NCBI GenBank assembly: GCA_015370545.1
Contig: GCA_015370545.1_3932.1
DNA from: a phage
Strand: one strand, 5' to 3'
Length of the DNA stretch: 64,000 nucleotides
The stretch's first letter is position 1; the number at the start of each line of letters is the position of its first letter. A program made the translations under genes and the position numbers. The notes under the pieces were generated by a model. The model was not told the DNA's origin and searched no databases. It saw only the letters and a list, made by a program, of their open reading frames with translations. Positions 1 through 9,860 of this stretch are shown one piece after another.

Positions 1-79
1 GTGCATACGGAGTTATGGCTGAGGTTGCACAAATTGTCAAAGGCAGAAAAGATAAATCACAACAAGAAGGAAATTCTTA

Positions 80-382
80 ATGGCAGTTCTAAATTGGTCT
101 ACAAACGAAGTAGATACTGATGGTAATCAGTTAAAAGTTTTACCACCACCGGAAGTTCAAGAGACAGGTCTTTTAAAGGGTGAGCCTATGGGTAGACAGT
201 GGTTCAACTATATTATCAACTACCTGCTGAATAAAGTAAATGGCACTGTTGGTGAAGTTCGTTCATATGCAACTGAGCAACCAGATTTAGTGGCTAATGG
301 CTGGAACCTCATTAAGTCTGAGACAGGGACTGCATCAACAAGTACAAGAAACCTTTACACATATGAATATGTAGGAGCTTAA
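80..382 (+). CDS. hypothetical protein directly upstream of tail-fibre genes (possibly tail-associated)
   Basis: 100-aa ORF from track; stop 3 nt before the next gene; no recognisable motif. Confidence 0.4.
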   Translation: MAVLNWSTNEVDTDGNQLKVLPPPEVQETGLLKGEPMGRQWFNYIINYLLNKVNGTVGEVRSYATEQPDLVANGWNLIKSETGTASTSTRNLYTYEYVGA

Positions 383-384
383 TA

Positions 385-1560
385 ATGGCAGTAGGTGAAA
401 TTCAAATTAGTGCCTTGCCACAAGCGGCCTTACCAATTGATTTGAGTGATATCTTCCACCTTAAGCAAGGTGTTGAGGATAAAAGATGTACGCTTGAGCA
501 GTTGTTAGCACCTCACGCATCTTTGAGGAATAACCCTCATGGTGTAACTAAATCACAAGTAGGTCTTGATAATGTTATTAACTCTCTTCAATTAGTTGCA
601 GCTAATAACTTGTCAGATGTTGTAAGTGTTGCTGAGGCAAGAGCAAATCTACAAATTATGTCGTCAGAGGAAGTGAATAACTTAATTCAGCAACATATTG
701 ACGACAAAAGTAACCCACACAATACAACGAAAGCACAGGTCGGTTTAAGTAATGTTCAGAACTGGACAACATCCAATCTGTACAATGAAGATGCTGATAA
801 ATATGCTACCGCGAAAGCAGTTAATAATTTATACAAAGCTATCCAAGCGTCATATCCAGTAGGGACTATTCACCTGTCTGTTAACTCTGCTAACCCATCC
901 ACTTACTTACTTTGTGGAGGTACTTGGGAGTTAGTTTCTAAAGGTAGAGCACTAGTTGGTTATGATACAGATTCTAGACCTGTTGGTTCAACGTTTGGTT
1001 CTCAGACTGTAGCATTAACAAATAATAATTTACCAGCACATACACACTCTATCTATTTAACAGGTGGTGGTCACACACACTCTGCAAGCGTATCTATCTC
1101 TAGTTTTGATTATGGTTCAAAAAGTACATCAACTTTTGATTACGGTACAAAAACGACTAATAGTGCTGGTGCTCATACTCACACGTTTAGTGGCACAACA
1201 AGTAATGCTGGTAACCACAACCATAGAGTACCTATGAGGGGTAATGATAGAGGTGGTACAAATGCTATTACTGCATCTGCTGATGCTGGTGTTGGTAATG
1301 CTATGTATACTGATTTAGCTGGTGCTCACACCCATAGCTTCTCAGGCACAACTGCATCATCTGGTGCTCATAGTCATACTGTTGCAATTGGTGCTCATAG
1401 TCACACTGTTAATATTGGTTCACACAGCCATACAGGTACTGTTACTGTTTCTAGCTCCGAGCATACACACTCAGGAACATCTGGTTCTGTTGGTGGTGGT
1501 CAAGCTTTCAGTGTTGAGCAGCCATCTTTTGTAGTGTATGTGTGGCAGAGAACAGCTTAA
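385..1560 (+). CDS. tail fibre protein with His-x-His repeat receptor-binding tip
   Basis: 391-aa ORF; C-terminal third is full of HTHS/HSHT/GAHSHTV repeats like the metal-binding tips of T4-type fibres; C-terminal module shared with the next ORF (ends ...AFSV...W.RTA). Confidence 0.7.
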   Translation: MAVGEIQISALPQAALPIDLSDIFHLKQGVEDKRCTLEQLLAPHASLRNNPHGVTKSQVGLDNVINSLQLVAANNLSDVVSVAEARANLQIMSSEEVNNLIQQHIDDKSNPHNTTKAQVGLSNVQNWTTSNLYNEDADKYATAKAVNNLYKAIQASYPVGTIHLSVNSANPSTYLLCGGTWELVSKGRALVGYDTDSRPVGSTFGSQTVALTNNNLPAHTHSIYLTGGGHTHSASVSISSFDYGSKSTSTFDYGTKTTNSAGAHTHTFSGTTSNAGNHNHRVPMRGNDRGGTNAITASADAGVGNAMYTDLAGAHTHSFSGTTASSGAHSHTVAIGAHSHTVNIGSHSHTGTVTVSSSEHTHSGTSGSVGGGQAFSVEQPSFVVYVWQRTA

Positions 1561-1570
1561 GTTCTTTACA

Positions 1571-1590
1571 GGGGCTTTATAGCCCCTTTT
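1571..1590 (+). terminator. rho-independent terminator
   Basis: GGGGCT-TTAT-AGCCCC hairpin followed by TTTT, just after the stop at 1560. Confidence 0.6.
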
Positions 1591-1606
1591 AAGAGGAAAA
1601 TTCATA

Positions 1607-4156
1607 ATGGCAGATTACAAATTGAGTCAATTAAACTCAATCGACACAATTCGTTCAGAAGACCTATTGCACATCAGAGTTAAGAAAAGACCTGAAATGT
1701 TGGGTGATGAAGACCGTAGAATGACCTATCAAGACTTCTTGGCTTCCTTCAAACTAGAAAGGTTTGTTCAGATTGCTGGAAGCACTATGACTGGGGATTT
1801 AGGTATTGTCAAGTTACTTTACGGTGGAAAGTCTGTATTTGACCCTACAGGCTCTTCTGAGATTACTATTGGGGATATTTTAAAGACTTTTAAAATTAAC
1901 GCAAATGGTCTTAAACTAACTATTGCAGATGCTTCAAGGTCAGCAACTGTTTATCATACTCTGAATAAGCCAAGTCCTAATGAGCTTGGTATGAGAACTA
2001 ATGAAGAGAATGATACAAGATACGCAAGACTTGCTATCACAAACACATTCTCTGGAACTCAAAATATTCAAGGTGATGCTAACTTACTTCGCCTTAGAAA
2101 CCAAAATGCAAATAATGCACAATATATCGAAGGTGTAAACCTAGATGGTTCGGCTAGATGGTGGGTTGGTATTGGTAGTAATGGCTCTGACGAAGTAAAG
2201 CTGTACAATAACAAATACAACTCAGCCTTGACTGTTGCAAGTAATGTCTCTGTTAATAAGTCTTTAGCAATCACTGGTCAAGTTCAACCTTCAGATTTCT
2301 CTAACTTAGATGCTAGATACTTCACTCAGACAGTTGCTAATCAGAGATTTGCACAGTTAGCTGGTAATAACACCTTTACAGGTGCTAACACATTTAGGAC
2401 TATGAGTGTTATCTCAAATGCTGCTGCTATCACACTGCAATGTGCATCAGCAAACGAATCCCTGTATCTACTTGCAAAAGATTATGAAGGTGGAAACTTA
2501 TGGTATCTTGGTAAAGGTAGTTCAGGTGCTGGTGTAACTATCTACAACTATACCACTAACACCTCTTTAGTCTTAGATGCTGCTGGAGTATCAGCAAATA
2601 AAAATGTCAGAATCACTGGTCAAGTTCAACCTTCAGATTGGGCTAACATTGACTCTAGATATATTCCGGCAGCAACATTAAGTACAATTGCAAGAACTAA
2701 TGCACAAAATGCTTTTAATGGTGTACAGAAAGTTGTTACGGATAATGAAGCCCTAATTGTGAAAAACTCTACTCAGAACAGACCATTGTATATCCGTGGT
2801 GTGGACACTGCTAATGTGTCAAGGTGGTGGGTAGGTGTTGGTGGGGCAGATACTAATGATGTAACCCTAAATAACAGTTTTTCTGGCACTCAGTTAGTTC
2901 TCGGGAATACAACATCATACATTAACAAAACATTGACTATTGCTGGACAAGTTCAACCTTCAGATTTCTCTAACTTAGATGCTAGATACTTTACGCAAAG
3001 TGCTAGTGATAGTAGATACCTAAGAATCAGAAGCACTAGCTTCAATGTGGGAAACACTGATAAGTGGGCTAAAATTGCCACTGTTGTGATGCCACAATCA
3101 GCATCCACTGCTGTTATTGAGGTATTTGGTGGGTCAGGTTTTAATATTAATACACCAAACCAAGCAGGTAAATGTGAAATTGTTCTGCGAACTTCAAATA
3201 ACAATCCAAAGGGCTTAAATGTTGTTGCTTGGAGAACATCAGAGAACACCATTGTCAGGGATATTGGTTATGTGAATACTTCTGGAGACACCTATGATAT
3301 TTACTATCTTGCTGGTACGTATCAAAACAGCACAACGACAAGGGTTCAGTCTTCTAGTAATGCAAGTGTACAGTTGTTTGAAGTCCCACAGACATTTGAT
3401 GATGCTCCACAAGGTATTGTGAAGGGTACAATTGCAAAATACTACACAAGTTTGCAAAAACCAACCCCTTCAGATATTGGTGCATACACTAAAGCAGAAA
3501 CTGACCAGAAGATTGCAGAAGCAATTAGTGACTCTACAGACCTGAATAAAATCTATCCAGTAGGTATTGTGACGTGGTTTAACAGTAATGTTAACCCTAA
3601 TACAGCACTTCCTGGTCTAACTTGGACGTACCTGAATAATGGTGTTGGTAGAACTATTAGAATTGCAGCAGCAAACGGTTCAGATGTTGCTACAACTGGT
3701 GGTTCAGACTCTGTAACGTTGTCTGTTGGTAACTTGCCTTCACACACGCACAGCTTCTCTGCTACTACTTCATCATTTGACTATGGTACTAAGACTTCTA
3801 GCACAACTGGTAACCACAACCACAACAGAGGTACTATGGAGATTACTGGTTCATTTGGTTACTTCAGAAGTGACGCTAGTAGCTTCTACACAGCAAGTGG
3901 TGCATTCTACCTCGGTAGTCAGGCAGGTTCTAAAGGGTATACTGGTAACAACTTTACTAATGGTATCCCTGTCAACTTCAACGCATCAAGAAACTGGTCT
4001 GGTGTAACGAATACAACAGGTAACCACAGCCACACTGTTGGTATTGGTGCTCACAGCCACACAGTTAGCGGTAACACAGGTGGTACTGGTTCTGGTTCAG
4101 CATTTAGTGTTACTAACCAGTTCTATAAGTTAATGGCTTGGGTAAGAACTGCTTAA
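1607..4156 (+). CDS. long tail fibre protein
   Basis: 849-aa ORF; threefold internal repeat ITGQVQPSD(F/W)(S/A)N(L/I)D(A/S)RY; C-terminal HxH repeats (HTHSFS, GNHNHN, GNHSHTVGIGAHSHTV) and ending shared with ORF 385..1560. Confidence 0.75.
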   Translation: MADYKLSQLNSIDTIRSEDLLHIRVKKRPEMLGDEDRRMTYQDFLASFKLERFVQIAGSTMTGDLGIVKLLYGGKSVFDPTGSSEITIGDILKTFKINANGLKLTIADASRSATVYHTLNKPSPNELGMRTNEENDTRYARLAITNTFSGTQNIQGDANLLRLRNQNANNAQYIEGVNLDGSARWWVGIGSNGSDEVKLYNNKYNSALTVASNVSVNKSLAITGQVQPSDFSNLDARYFTQTVANQRFAQLAGNNTFTGANTFRTMSVISNAAAITLQCASANESLYLLAKDYEGGNLWYLGKGSSGAGVTIYNYTTNTSLVLDAAGVSANKNVRITGQVQPSDWANIDSRYIPAATLSTIARTNAQNAFNGVQKVVTDNEALIVKNSTQNRPLYIRGVDTANVSRWWVGVGGADTNDVTLNNSFSGTQLVLGNTTSYINKTLTIAGQVQPSDFSNLDARYFTQSASDSRYLRIRSTSFNVGNTDKWAKIATVVMPQSASTAVIEVFGGSGFNINTPNQAGKCEIVLRTSNNNPKGLNVVAWRTSENTIVRDIGYVNTSGDTYDIYYLAGTYQNSTTTRVQSSSNASVQLFEVPQTFDDAPQGIVKGTIAKYYTSLQKPTPSDIGAYTKAETDQKIAEAISDSTDLNKIYPVGIVTWFNSNVNPNTALPGLTWTYLNNGVGRTIRIAAANGSDVATTGGSDSVTLSVGNLPSHTHSFSATTSSFDYGTKTSSTTGNHNHNRGTMEITGSFGYFRSDASSFYTASGAFYLGSQAGSKGYTGNNFTNGIPVNFNASRNWSGVTNTTGNHSHTVGIGAHSHTVSGNTGGTGSGSAFSVTNQFYKLMAWVRTA

Positions 4157-4235
4157 TCCCTTGTTGACTGATTGTTAAGATGGTGTTAATATTCTTTATG
4201 GGTATTCTCACCATCTTGGCTGATGAGGTGATTAA

Positions 4236-4433
4236 ATGCCTACAATCCTAGCAATTCTTCTAAAAAATCTAGGTAGCTTCTTCTGGAAACTCATTTTATC
4301 CCTTCTAAGTGAATACATGATTGAGAAGGTGTTCTTTAAGCTTGCAAGATATCTTGCGAGTAAGACAGACACACCTATTGATGATGAGTTCGTAGATAAC
4401 TTAGAAAAAGCTTTTAAGGGGGAGAATAAATGA
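4236..4433 (+). CDS. hypothetical small protein
   Basis: 65-aa ORF, hydrophobic/amphipathic N-terminus, ATGA overlap with next ORF. Confidence 0.4.
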   Translation: MPTILAILLKNLGSFFWKLILSLLSEYMIEKVFFKLARYLASKTDTPIDDEFVDNLEKAFKGENK

Positions 4434-4801
4434 AGTGGCTAGAGGATGCTTTTAAAAATAATATTGGTGCAATTGTAGTTGGTATTTTTAGTGTTATTGG
4501 GATGTATACCACGATGCAAGTTTCAAGTGGTAAGCAAGAAGTGTCTGTCACAACGAAGTTACAGCAGCTAGATAATTACACCAAAAGTAACTATTCAGCT
4601 ATTCGTGATTTACAGTCTGACATGAGACTCATTCAGTTAGGAATGGAGAACCAGAAAGTTCAGTTAGAGAATGTTAAGGGTGAGAATGCAAAACTTACCA
4701 AAACTCTTGATAAGTTCTCTGACAGTGTAAATAATCTGGCTCAATCAGTATCAGCCCTCCAAGCTATTACTGAGAAGAACACAAAAAGTACTGAAAAATA
4801 A
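4430..4801 (+). CDS. membrane-anchored coiled-coil protein
   Basis: 123 aa; N-terminal hydrophobic segment IGAIVVGIFSVIGMY followed by heptad-like Q/E/K-rich region. Confidence 0.45.
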   Translation: MKWLEDAFKNNIGAIVVGIFSVIGMYTTMQVSSGKQEVSVTTKLQQLDNYTKSNYSAIRDLQSDMRLIQLGMENQKVQLENVKGENAKLTKTLDKFSDSVNNLAQSVSALQAITEKNTKSTEK

Positions 4802-4808
4802 AGTTTAA

Positions 4809-4834
4809 GGCTCCCGTAAAAAGGAGCCTTTTTT
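4809..4834 (+). terminator. rho-independent terminator at convergent junction
   Basis: GGCTCC-CGTAAAAA-GGAGCC followed by TTTTTT. Confidence 0.65.
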
Positions 4835-4838
4835 GTTT

Positions 4839-5738
4839 CTACTTACCTACTGACAAAGGTGCTTCAATCTTTCCTGCATGTTGGTAGTTGTAAATGCCAC
4901 CAATAAAATCACTTGCAGTAAGGTGTTTTAGGTCACTTAGTGTGTTAAGTGGTACACCAATCTCAAAAGTAGGTGCATGGAACTCTTCATTGTTCATCAG
5001 TTCATAAACCTGTTTCATATGGTTCTGATAAATCTGAGTATCTCCAAAGACACCTATCAAGTACCGTGGAGTGTATCCAGTCATCTTACAAAGAACTTCC
5101 AGAATAAAACCGTAAGATGCAATATTAAACGGAAGTCCTAAAAAGGTGTCTACTGAACGTTGATACCACTGTAAGTCAACTTCACCCTCATTAGTGATAT
5201 AAATCTGAAACAGAACATGACAAGGTGCTAAAGCCATCGAGTTGGATGCAATATCTGCTGCATTCCAAGCATTAACAAGCATGTAGCGGTCTGTAATATC
5301 ACCCTTCATCTTCGTTACTAAGGTCTCTAACTGGTCTACAACACAACCATTATGACCTTCAAAGTTTCTCCACTGAACCCCGTAGATTCTCCCACCTGCA
5401 TCCTCTAACCAATCTTGTTCAGAGGAATAATTAGAGCTTAACCAACGTTTAAAATCATCTGACCAGATTGTCCAGCGTTCTCCGTCATTTTCATCCCAAG
5501 TACGGTAACGAAGTTCACCAAGCTTATTCTCACCATTCAGGAACCATAAAGCTTCCCCAATAACTTGCCGTGTAAACACCTGTTTAGATGTCAAGAGTGG
5601 GAAACCAGTTCTCATATCAAAACGAAACTTAGGTGGGGCAAATGCAGAGATAACATCTCCAGTTCGTGTAGTACGCAGTTCACCAACGGATAAAACATGG
5701 CTTAGGATATTTTTGTAACTTGTATCTGCTTGTGACAT
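4839..5738 (-). CDS. td: thymidylate synthase
   Basis: 299 aa; active-site context LAPCHVLFQIY, overall ThyA-like length; uninterrupted ORF. Confidence 0.9.
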   Translation of the reverse strand: MSQADTSYKNILSHVLSVGELRTTRTGDVISAFAPPKFRFDMRTGFPLLTSKQVFTRQVIGEALWFLNGENKLGELRYRTWDENDGERWTIWSDDFKRWLSSNYSSEQDWLEDAGGRIYGVQWRNFEGHNGCVVDQLETLVTKMKGDITDRYMLVNAWNAADIASNSMALAPCHVLFQIYITNEGEVDLQWYQRSVDTFLGLPFNIASYGFILEVLCKMTGYTPRYLIGVFGDTQIYQNHMKQVYELMNNEEFHAPTFEIGVPLNTLSDLKHLTASDFIGGIYNYQHAGKIEAPLSVGK

Positions 5739-5739
5739 A

Positions 5740-6285
5740 TCAAAAGTGTCCTTTTACTTGTGGAACATAAATTTCAAAGGTTGCTTTACCATCCTCTGAT
5801 GGTTTTGACTGTACCTTTGTAAATACACGGTTATCATACAGCTTCTCAAAGAAGTTTTCAAAAGGTAAATACACAGTGGCCTCTTCAGTAACTTTATGGA
5901 AAACTGTATGGAAAACTACATCAGCATACGGTAAAGCATTGACAAGGACACCTGCACCACCAATTACAAAGACATCTTCATCAATAGAGCTATCGAGATA
6001 CTTCAAAAATGCTCCAAAGGATTCTTTGCTGGCCTTAGCATACATTACCTCATCTTTGCCAAAATCTATACCTAAGTATGGTACAGAATTTGTTAAGATG
6101 AGGTTTGCACGTTCTGGTAAAGGTTTACTACCCAGAGTCTTGAAAGTCTCATTCCCCATTACTACTAAGTTGTTTTTAGTGAGCCTCTTAAACTCTTGCA
6201 TATCCTGTTTATGTCGAGGCCACGGCATACCAGTTGGAGTACCAAACTCCCCATTTTCACCACTTGCAAAGATTAATTTAATCAT
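5740..6285 (-). CDS. frd: dihydrofolate reductase
   Basis: 181 aa; N-terminal MIKLIFASGENGEFGTPTGMPWP typical of DHFR; adjacent to thymidylate synthase. Confidence 0.85.
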   Translation of the reverse strand: MIKLIFASGENGEFGTPTGMPWPRHKQDMQEFKRLTKNNLVVMGNETFKTLGSKPLPERANLILTNSVPYLGIDFGKDEVMYAKASKESFGAFLKYLDSSIDEDVFVIGGAGVLVNALPYADVVFHTVFHKVTEEATVYLPFENFFEKLYDNRVFTKVQSKPSEDGKATFEIYVPQVKGHF

Positions 6286-6542
6286 TTTGTAAATCCTTTC
6301 TTAATGAACCAGTTGATAACATTCTTCACAGCTTTATTGCTATGGTAGATTAAGTGTGGTGCAGGTTGGTATGAACCATAGGCCCAGAATGATAGATGTT
6401 CACCACAACCAACACATGTAGTACTTTCTTCAGCTATATGACCATTAACAATCACATGAACTTCACCTTGCAAGTCTGTACTCCCACAATGTGGACAACG
6501 GATAGGTGTTCCATCAGACTCATAGCAGTGTTCAATTTTCAT
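6282..6542 (-). CDS. zinc-ribbon protein
   Basis: 86 aa with CPHCG...CVGCG cysteine pairs; 4-nt overlap with DHFR start. Confidence 0.5.
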   Translation of the reverse strand: MKIEHCYESDGTPIRCPHCGSTDLQGEVHVIVNGHIAEESTTCVGCGEHLSFWAYGSYQPAPHLIYHSNKAVKNVINWFIKKGFTK

Positions 6543-7058
6543 CTATTTAACCTCAAAAACTGGTTCAAGAACCAATATAAAGTCTACACAGTCATCTTCT
6601 TCATCCAGAATACCATCAAAGTTCTTAGGAACGAAGTCGAAGAGGCTCATCACAAAGCAGTCAGAAGTAACCCTGATAGTTCCCCCGATGTTCTCTACAG
6701 TTAATACTGTACGACTTTCTTTTACCTCTCGCAAAAGATTACTCACAAAGTCATCTAAGAAGTACTTCATCAGTGACTTAAAACCTTTAGGGTAATCTGT
6801 GCCAGAGTATGTTTCAATCTGAGGTACAAGCTTAACATTGATACTGGTCTTTGTTAAGAATGTGCTAGAGAACATGCTATCAGGTAGCTTACAAACAGTC
6901 TTTCCAGTACCTTCATGTTCAATCTCAACAAAACCAGCTTCGTCGCCACATGTAACTATTTTAAAAGATGCTTCATTCTCACACTGTGAAGTCATAAACT
7001 TTTTAAGCATCACTTTAAGGAAATCTGCATGAGCATCTTGTAAGTAGATATCAATCAT
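6543..7058 (-). CDS. hypothetical protein
   Basis: 171-aa ORF tightly packed in minus-strand operon. Confidence 0.5.
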   Translation of the reverse strand: MIDIYLQDAHADFLKVMLKKFMTSQCENEASFKIVTCGDEAGFVEIEHEGTGKTVCKLPDSMFSSTFLTKTSINVKLVPQIETYSGTDYPKGFKSLMKYFLDDFVSNLLREVKESRTVLTVENIGGTIRVTSDCFVMSLFDFVPKNFDGILDEEDDCVDFILVLEPVFEVK

Positions 7059-7071
7059 AATTACTCACCTA

Positions 7072-7431
7072 TTATGGGAACAAACATTTAATGTCATCGT
7101 TTTTGAAAACGAAGCTTGTGTAGTTGTGACCGTCAACATCCAGCCAAACAGCCTGAACATCTACACCATCAAGATTTTGGTAAAGCTCTTTGATGAAGTG
7201 GTCTTTCACAATCTGGCTGCTAGTTGTCTCCAGCTTAATGTTTGAGATTGCTGAACCTACAGCCATATAACCCATGACACGTTTCTTCTCAGTATGCTTA
7301 ATCTTACCATCTTTGTAAGCCATAATGAGATTGGAAAGAATCTTCACACCATAATACTTTTCAAGGTGAGTCGGTACACCATAAAAGCCTAATGCGAAGT
7401 TTTCAGAGTGGATAATGTTTTCACGTTTCAT
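7072..7431 (-). CDS. hypothetical protein
   Basis: 119-aa ORF. Confidence 0.5.
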   Translation of the reverse strand: MKRENIIHSENFALGFYGVPTHLEKYYGVKILSNLIMAYKDGKIKHTEKKRVMGYMAVGSAISNIKLETTSSQIVKDHFIKELYQNLDGVDVQAVWLDVDGHNYTSFVFKNDDIKCLFP

Positions 7432-7432
7432 A

Positions 7433-7762
7433 TTAATCTGCCAGCCTTAAATTAAAATTAACACCAAATTTTTCGCATATTTCCAACATATACTCAAGGG
7501 AGACATTACCAGTGAGGTGGATTATGTTGGATACGCGAGCCTGAGAGATACCACAAATTTTAGCAACTTGCTCTTGAGAAAGACCTCTGGATTTAATCTC
7601 TCTCTTAAAACGATGTGCAACGAAGTCTCTCATTTCGTCTACATCCATTGGACAAATATAACTCTCCATTTCAGCCTCTCTGTCAGCCTCCCAATCATCT
7701 TGTGGAGCATAAGGGTCAAAAGTCTCATTCATCTTTCTTCTTCCGTTTGCGTGAAGTGTCAA
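7433..7762 (-). CDS. helix-turn-helix DNA-binding protein
   Basis: 109 aa; LSQEQVAKICGISQARVSNI resembles an HTH motif. Confidence 0.5.
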   Translation of the reverse strand: MTLHANGRRKMNETFDPYAPQDDWEADREAEMESYICPMDVDEMRDFVAHRFKREIKSRGLSQEQVAKICGISQARVSNIIHLTGNVSLEYMLEICEKFGVNFNLRLAD

Positions 7763-7937
7763 TCAATGAATCTATGTTTGTTGCCCTAACCTTTTCACGT
7801 TCATCGTTAAGATAATCGTCAAGAACCTTTTCAATCTGTGAATCATCTTGACAGATAACTGTAAAGACTGTAAAGCCATCTGTATCGTCAATTATCTTAC
7901 CATAACCGCTTCTGGGATGTAACTTTTTAAGAGCCAT
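7725..7937 (-). CDS. hypothetical protein
   Basis: 70-aa ORF with basic C-terminus, overlaps neighbour start. Confidence 0.35.
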   Translation of the reverse strand: MALKKLHPRSGYGKIIDDTDGFTVFTVICQDDSQIEKVLDDYLNDEREKVRATNIDSLIDTSRKRKKKDE

Positions 7938-7938
7938 A

Positions 7939-8322
7939 TCAAATACCTATGCAGCTTCTGTTTTCTAAGAAATACTCAACACCATACATAGCTTTTTGCA
8001 TCAAATCTTCTTTAAACTGGATGCGATGATTGAGCATAGCCTGTACATCAATATCATCATGGTGCTTCTCTTTAATATTTGCAGATTGCAGGAAATACTC
8101 TGCAAGAACGCGATATTGATAGTCAGTCACCTTATCAGTCATCTCTGTTAAAGACTCTTCAGAGATTGGTTTAAGTAGCTCGCCATTAGCTAGAGCAACA
8201 CCTTTAACAATCTGACAAGTGTCTTCTGGAACACCTGATAAGTCCACATTTGGAAGTTCTGTTGCATTGACTGGTAAATTCATTGCCATAACCATTGCAG
8301 CAGCTAATAAAATCTTTTTCAT
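7939..8322 (-). CDS. secreted/periplasmic protein
   Basis: 127 aa; N-terminal signal peptide MKKILLAAAMVMAMNLPVNA. Confidence 0.5.
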   Translation of the reverse strand: MKKILLAAAMVMAMNLPVNATELPNVDLSGVPEDTCQIVKGVALANGELLKPISEESLTEMTDKVTDYQYRVLAEYFLQSANIKEKHHDDIDVQAMLNHRIQFKEDLMQKAMYGVEYFLENRSCIGI

Positions 8323-8754
8323 AATGACCTCAAAGTTATATTAAATTTTGTATTACATTGAGTATAAAAATAAGCTATAACACCTGACTTGTCAACAGAT
8401 TTTATAGCTTATCTGGCAGATTTTTTATAAGGCTACTGCCATCCTTCCATACCAGACCACACCATGCAAAACCAGACTTCACATCGCCTTGCCGTGCAAT
8501 ACATTACTTAAAAACCCTCTTAAAAGACTCTTAAGTGATTCTGGTGAGTACCTGTTGGTTTATGCTGCTCAGTATACTCACCAAATTTTCTATGTCAACA
8601 ACTTTTATATAAAAGTTCTGATAGCTATATGTGTTACAAAACAGAAGATTGTGAACAAGACACCCATTGCAAAGGATGTGTTCAAAAGTTTACTTGTTAT
8701 GTAAGACAATACAAAGACAACTAATGCAAACAGAATGATTGTGCTTAACATAGT

Positions 8755-9855
8755 TTACTCATAATCCCTAATAACTAGCCCAACAGGAAACTGTAAAGAA
8801 CCCTTACGAGTCATCTTCTGGAACTGTACCGTCAAAGGTTTCCCGATAAACTCTTCAGGATGCTCAGCAAGATACTGTTTCTTCTCATGAGTAGTCTTCC
8901 ATGAGACATCTACAAAGACGTTAGGAAGAGTCTCTACAACGAACTTGCCATGACCACGCTTATCAGTCTTTACACCAGTCACTTTAAACTCTTCAGTGTG
9001 CATCTTCTTGTGCTTAATCAAGAAGTATGAACGGTGACAACACTCATAGAAGGAGTCTTCAGAGATTGAACGGTACATTGCACCTTCAAACTTAGCTTCA
9101 ACCCACTTATCATGAGCTTCATCAAACTCTTCCCAAGAATTTACACGGATAGTCTGTACAGGAACAACTCTACAGGTATCCCCAAGCTCAACAATAGGTG
9201 AGTTATCAATAACTTCACGACGTTCAGGCCAAGATTTTGAATTGTCGCAGATATCATACCAGTAGAATTTAAGAAGGTGACGGTCTGGATTGTCAGCATT
9301 CTTAATCATAGACACGATGTCTTCTAAGTCCCAACCATGAGCATAAATCTCTCCATCAAAGTCTTCGACTTGTGGATGCAATTTAAGCAACAAAAGCAAA
9401 TCTGGGATTAGTTCTGCTGGTACATTGTAAACAGTATTCTCACGAGAATAAGCCGTGAAGCTAACTAAATCAGCATCTCTTGAAATTCTACAACGTACAC
9501 CATCAAGCTTCGGTTGAGCATCAGCAGGGAATTTCAGATACTTTGCATGGCTAACCTTTGCAGCATCATGAGCAAGCTGTACACCTACCTTCTCAGTGTT
9601 CTGTGCAGACTCTTTTGTGTAAGCATAACCTTTGCGGTCAACTTGCTTTTTATACTTAGCAGCAACTTCAAAGAGAGCTTGCTGTTCAGCATTACGCTCA
9701 TTCTTTTTACCGATGTTTTTAGGTTCTGCTGTATACTCTTCAAACATCATCTTGCCATTTTCTTTACCGTAGGTTGTAACAACTTTATCACCTACAGCAA
9801 CGCATGACCAAACGTTGAAAGAGCCGTCTTTATTTTGTTTGTATAGAATTGTCAT
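8755..9855 (-). CDS. ATP-dependent DNA ligase
   Basis: 366 aa; nucleotidyltransferase motif I PKLDGVRC (KxDG); size like T7-type ligases. Confidence 0.8.
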   Translation of the reverse strand: MTILYKQNKDGSFNVWSCVAVGDKVVTTYGKENGKMMFEEYTAEPKNIGKKNERNAEQQALFEVAAKYKKQVDRKGYAYTKESAQNTEKVGVQLAHDAAKVSHAKYLKFPADAQPKLDGVRCRISRDADLVSFTAYSRENTVYNVPAELIPDLLLLLKLHPQVEDFDGEIYAHGWDLEDIVSMIKNADNPDRHLLKFYWYDICDNSKSWPERREVIDNSPIVELGDTCRVVPVQTIRVNSWEEFDEAHDKWVEAKFEGAMYRSISEDSFYECCHRSYFLIKHKKMHTEEFKVTGVKTDKRGHGKFVVETLPNVFVDVSWKTTHEKKQYLAEHPEEFIGKPLTVQFQKMTRKGSLQFPVGLVIRDYE

Positions 9856-9860
9856 TCAAA

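Noticed and set aside
1322-1534. Short ORFs embedded in or antisense to larger genes (e.g. 1322..1534, 2068..2274, 2953..3457, 3553..4007, 5876..6292, 9514..9807, 11978..12373, 13229..14119, 24414..25022, 35866..36393)
   Set aside because: Fully contained within well-supported genes (tail fibres, DHFR, ligase, polymerase, NrdA, NAMPT), lack ribosome-binding sites and have low-complexity composition; judged frame artefacts.
385-1560. His/Ser/Thr/Gly-rich repeats in the tail-fibre ORFs as possible low-complexity non-coding DNA
   Set aside because: The repeats keep reading frame over more than 1 kb, recur in the same form in both fibre genes and resemble known HxH fibre-tip repeats; kept as coding.
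4839-5738. Possible group I intron in thymidylate synthase (as in T4 td) or in the nrd genes
   Set aside because: td, nrdA, nrdB and nrdD are each single uninterrupted ORFs of normal length with conserved motifs in order; no intron-sized insertion is visible.
8489-8704. Plus-strand ORF 8489..8704 in the gap between minus-strand genes
   Set aside because: Isolated on the opposite strand in a promoter-rich AT-rich intergenic region with no RBS; more likely non-coding.
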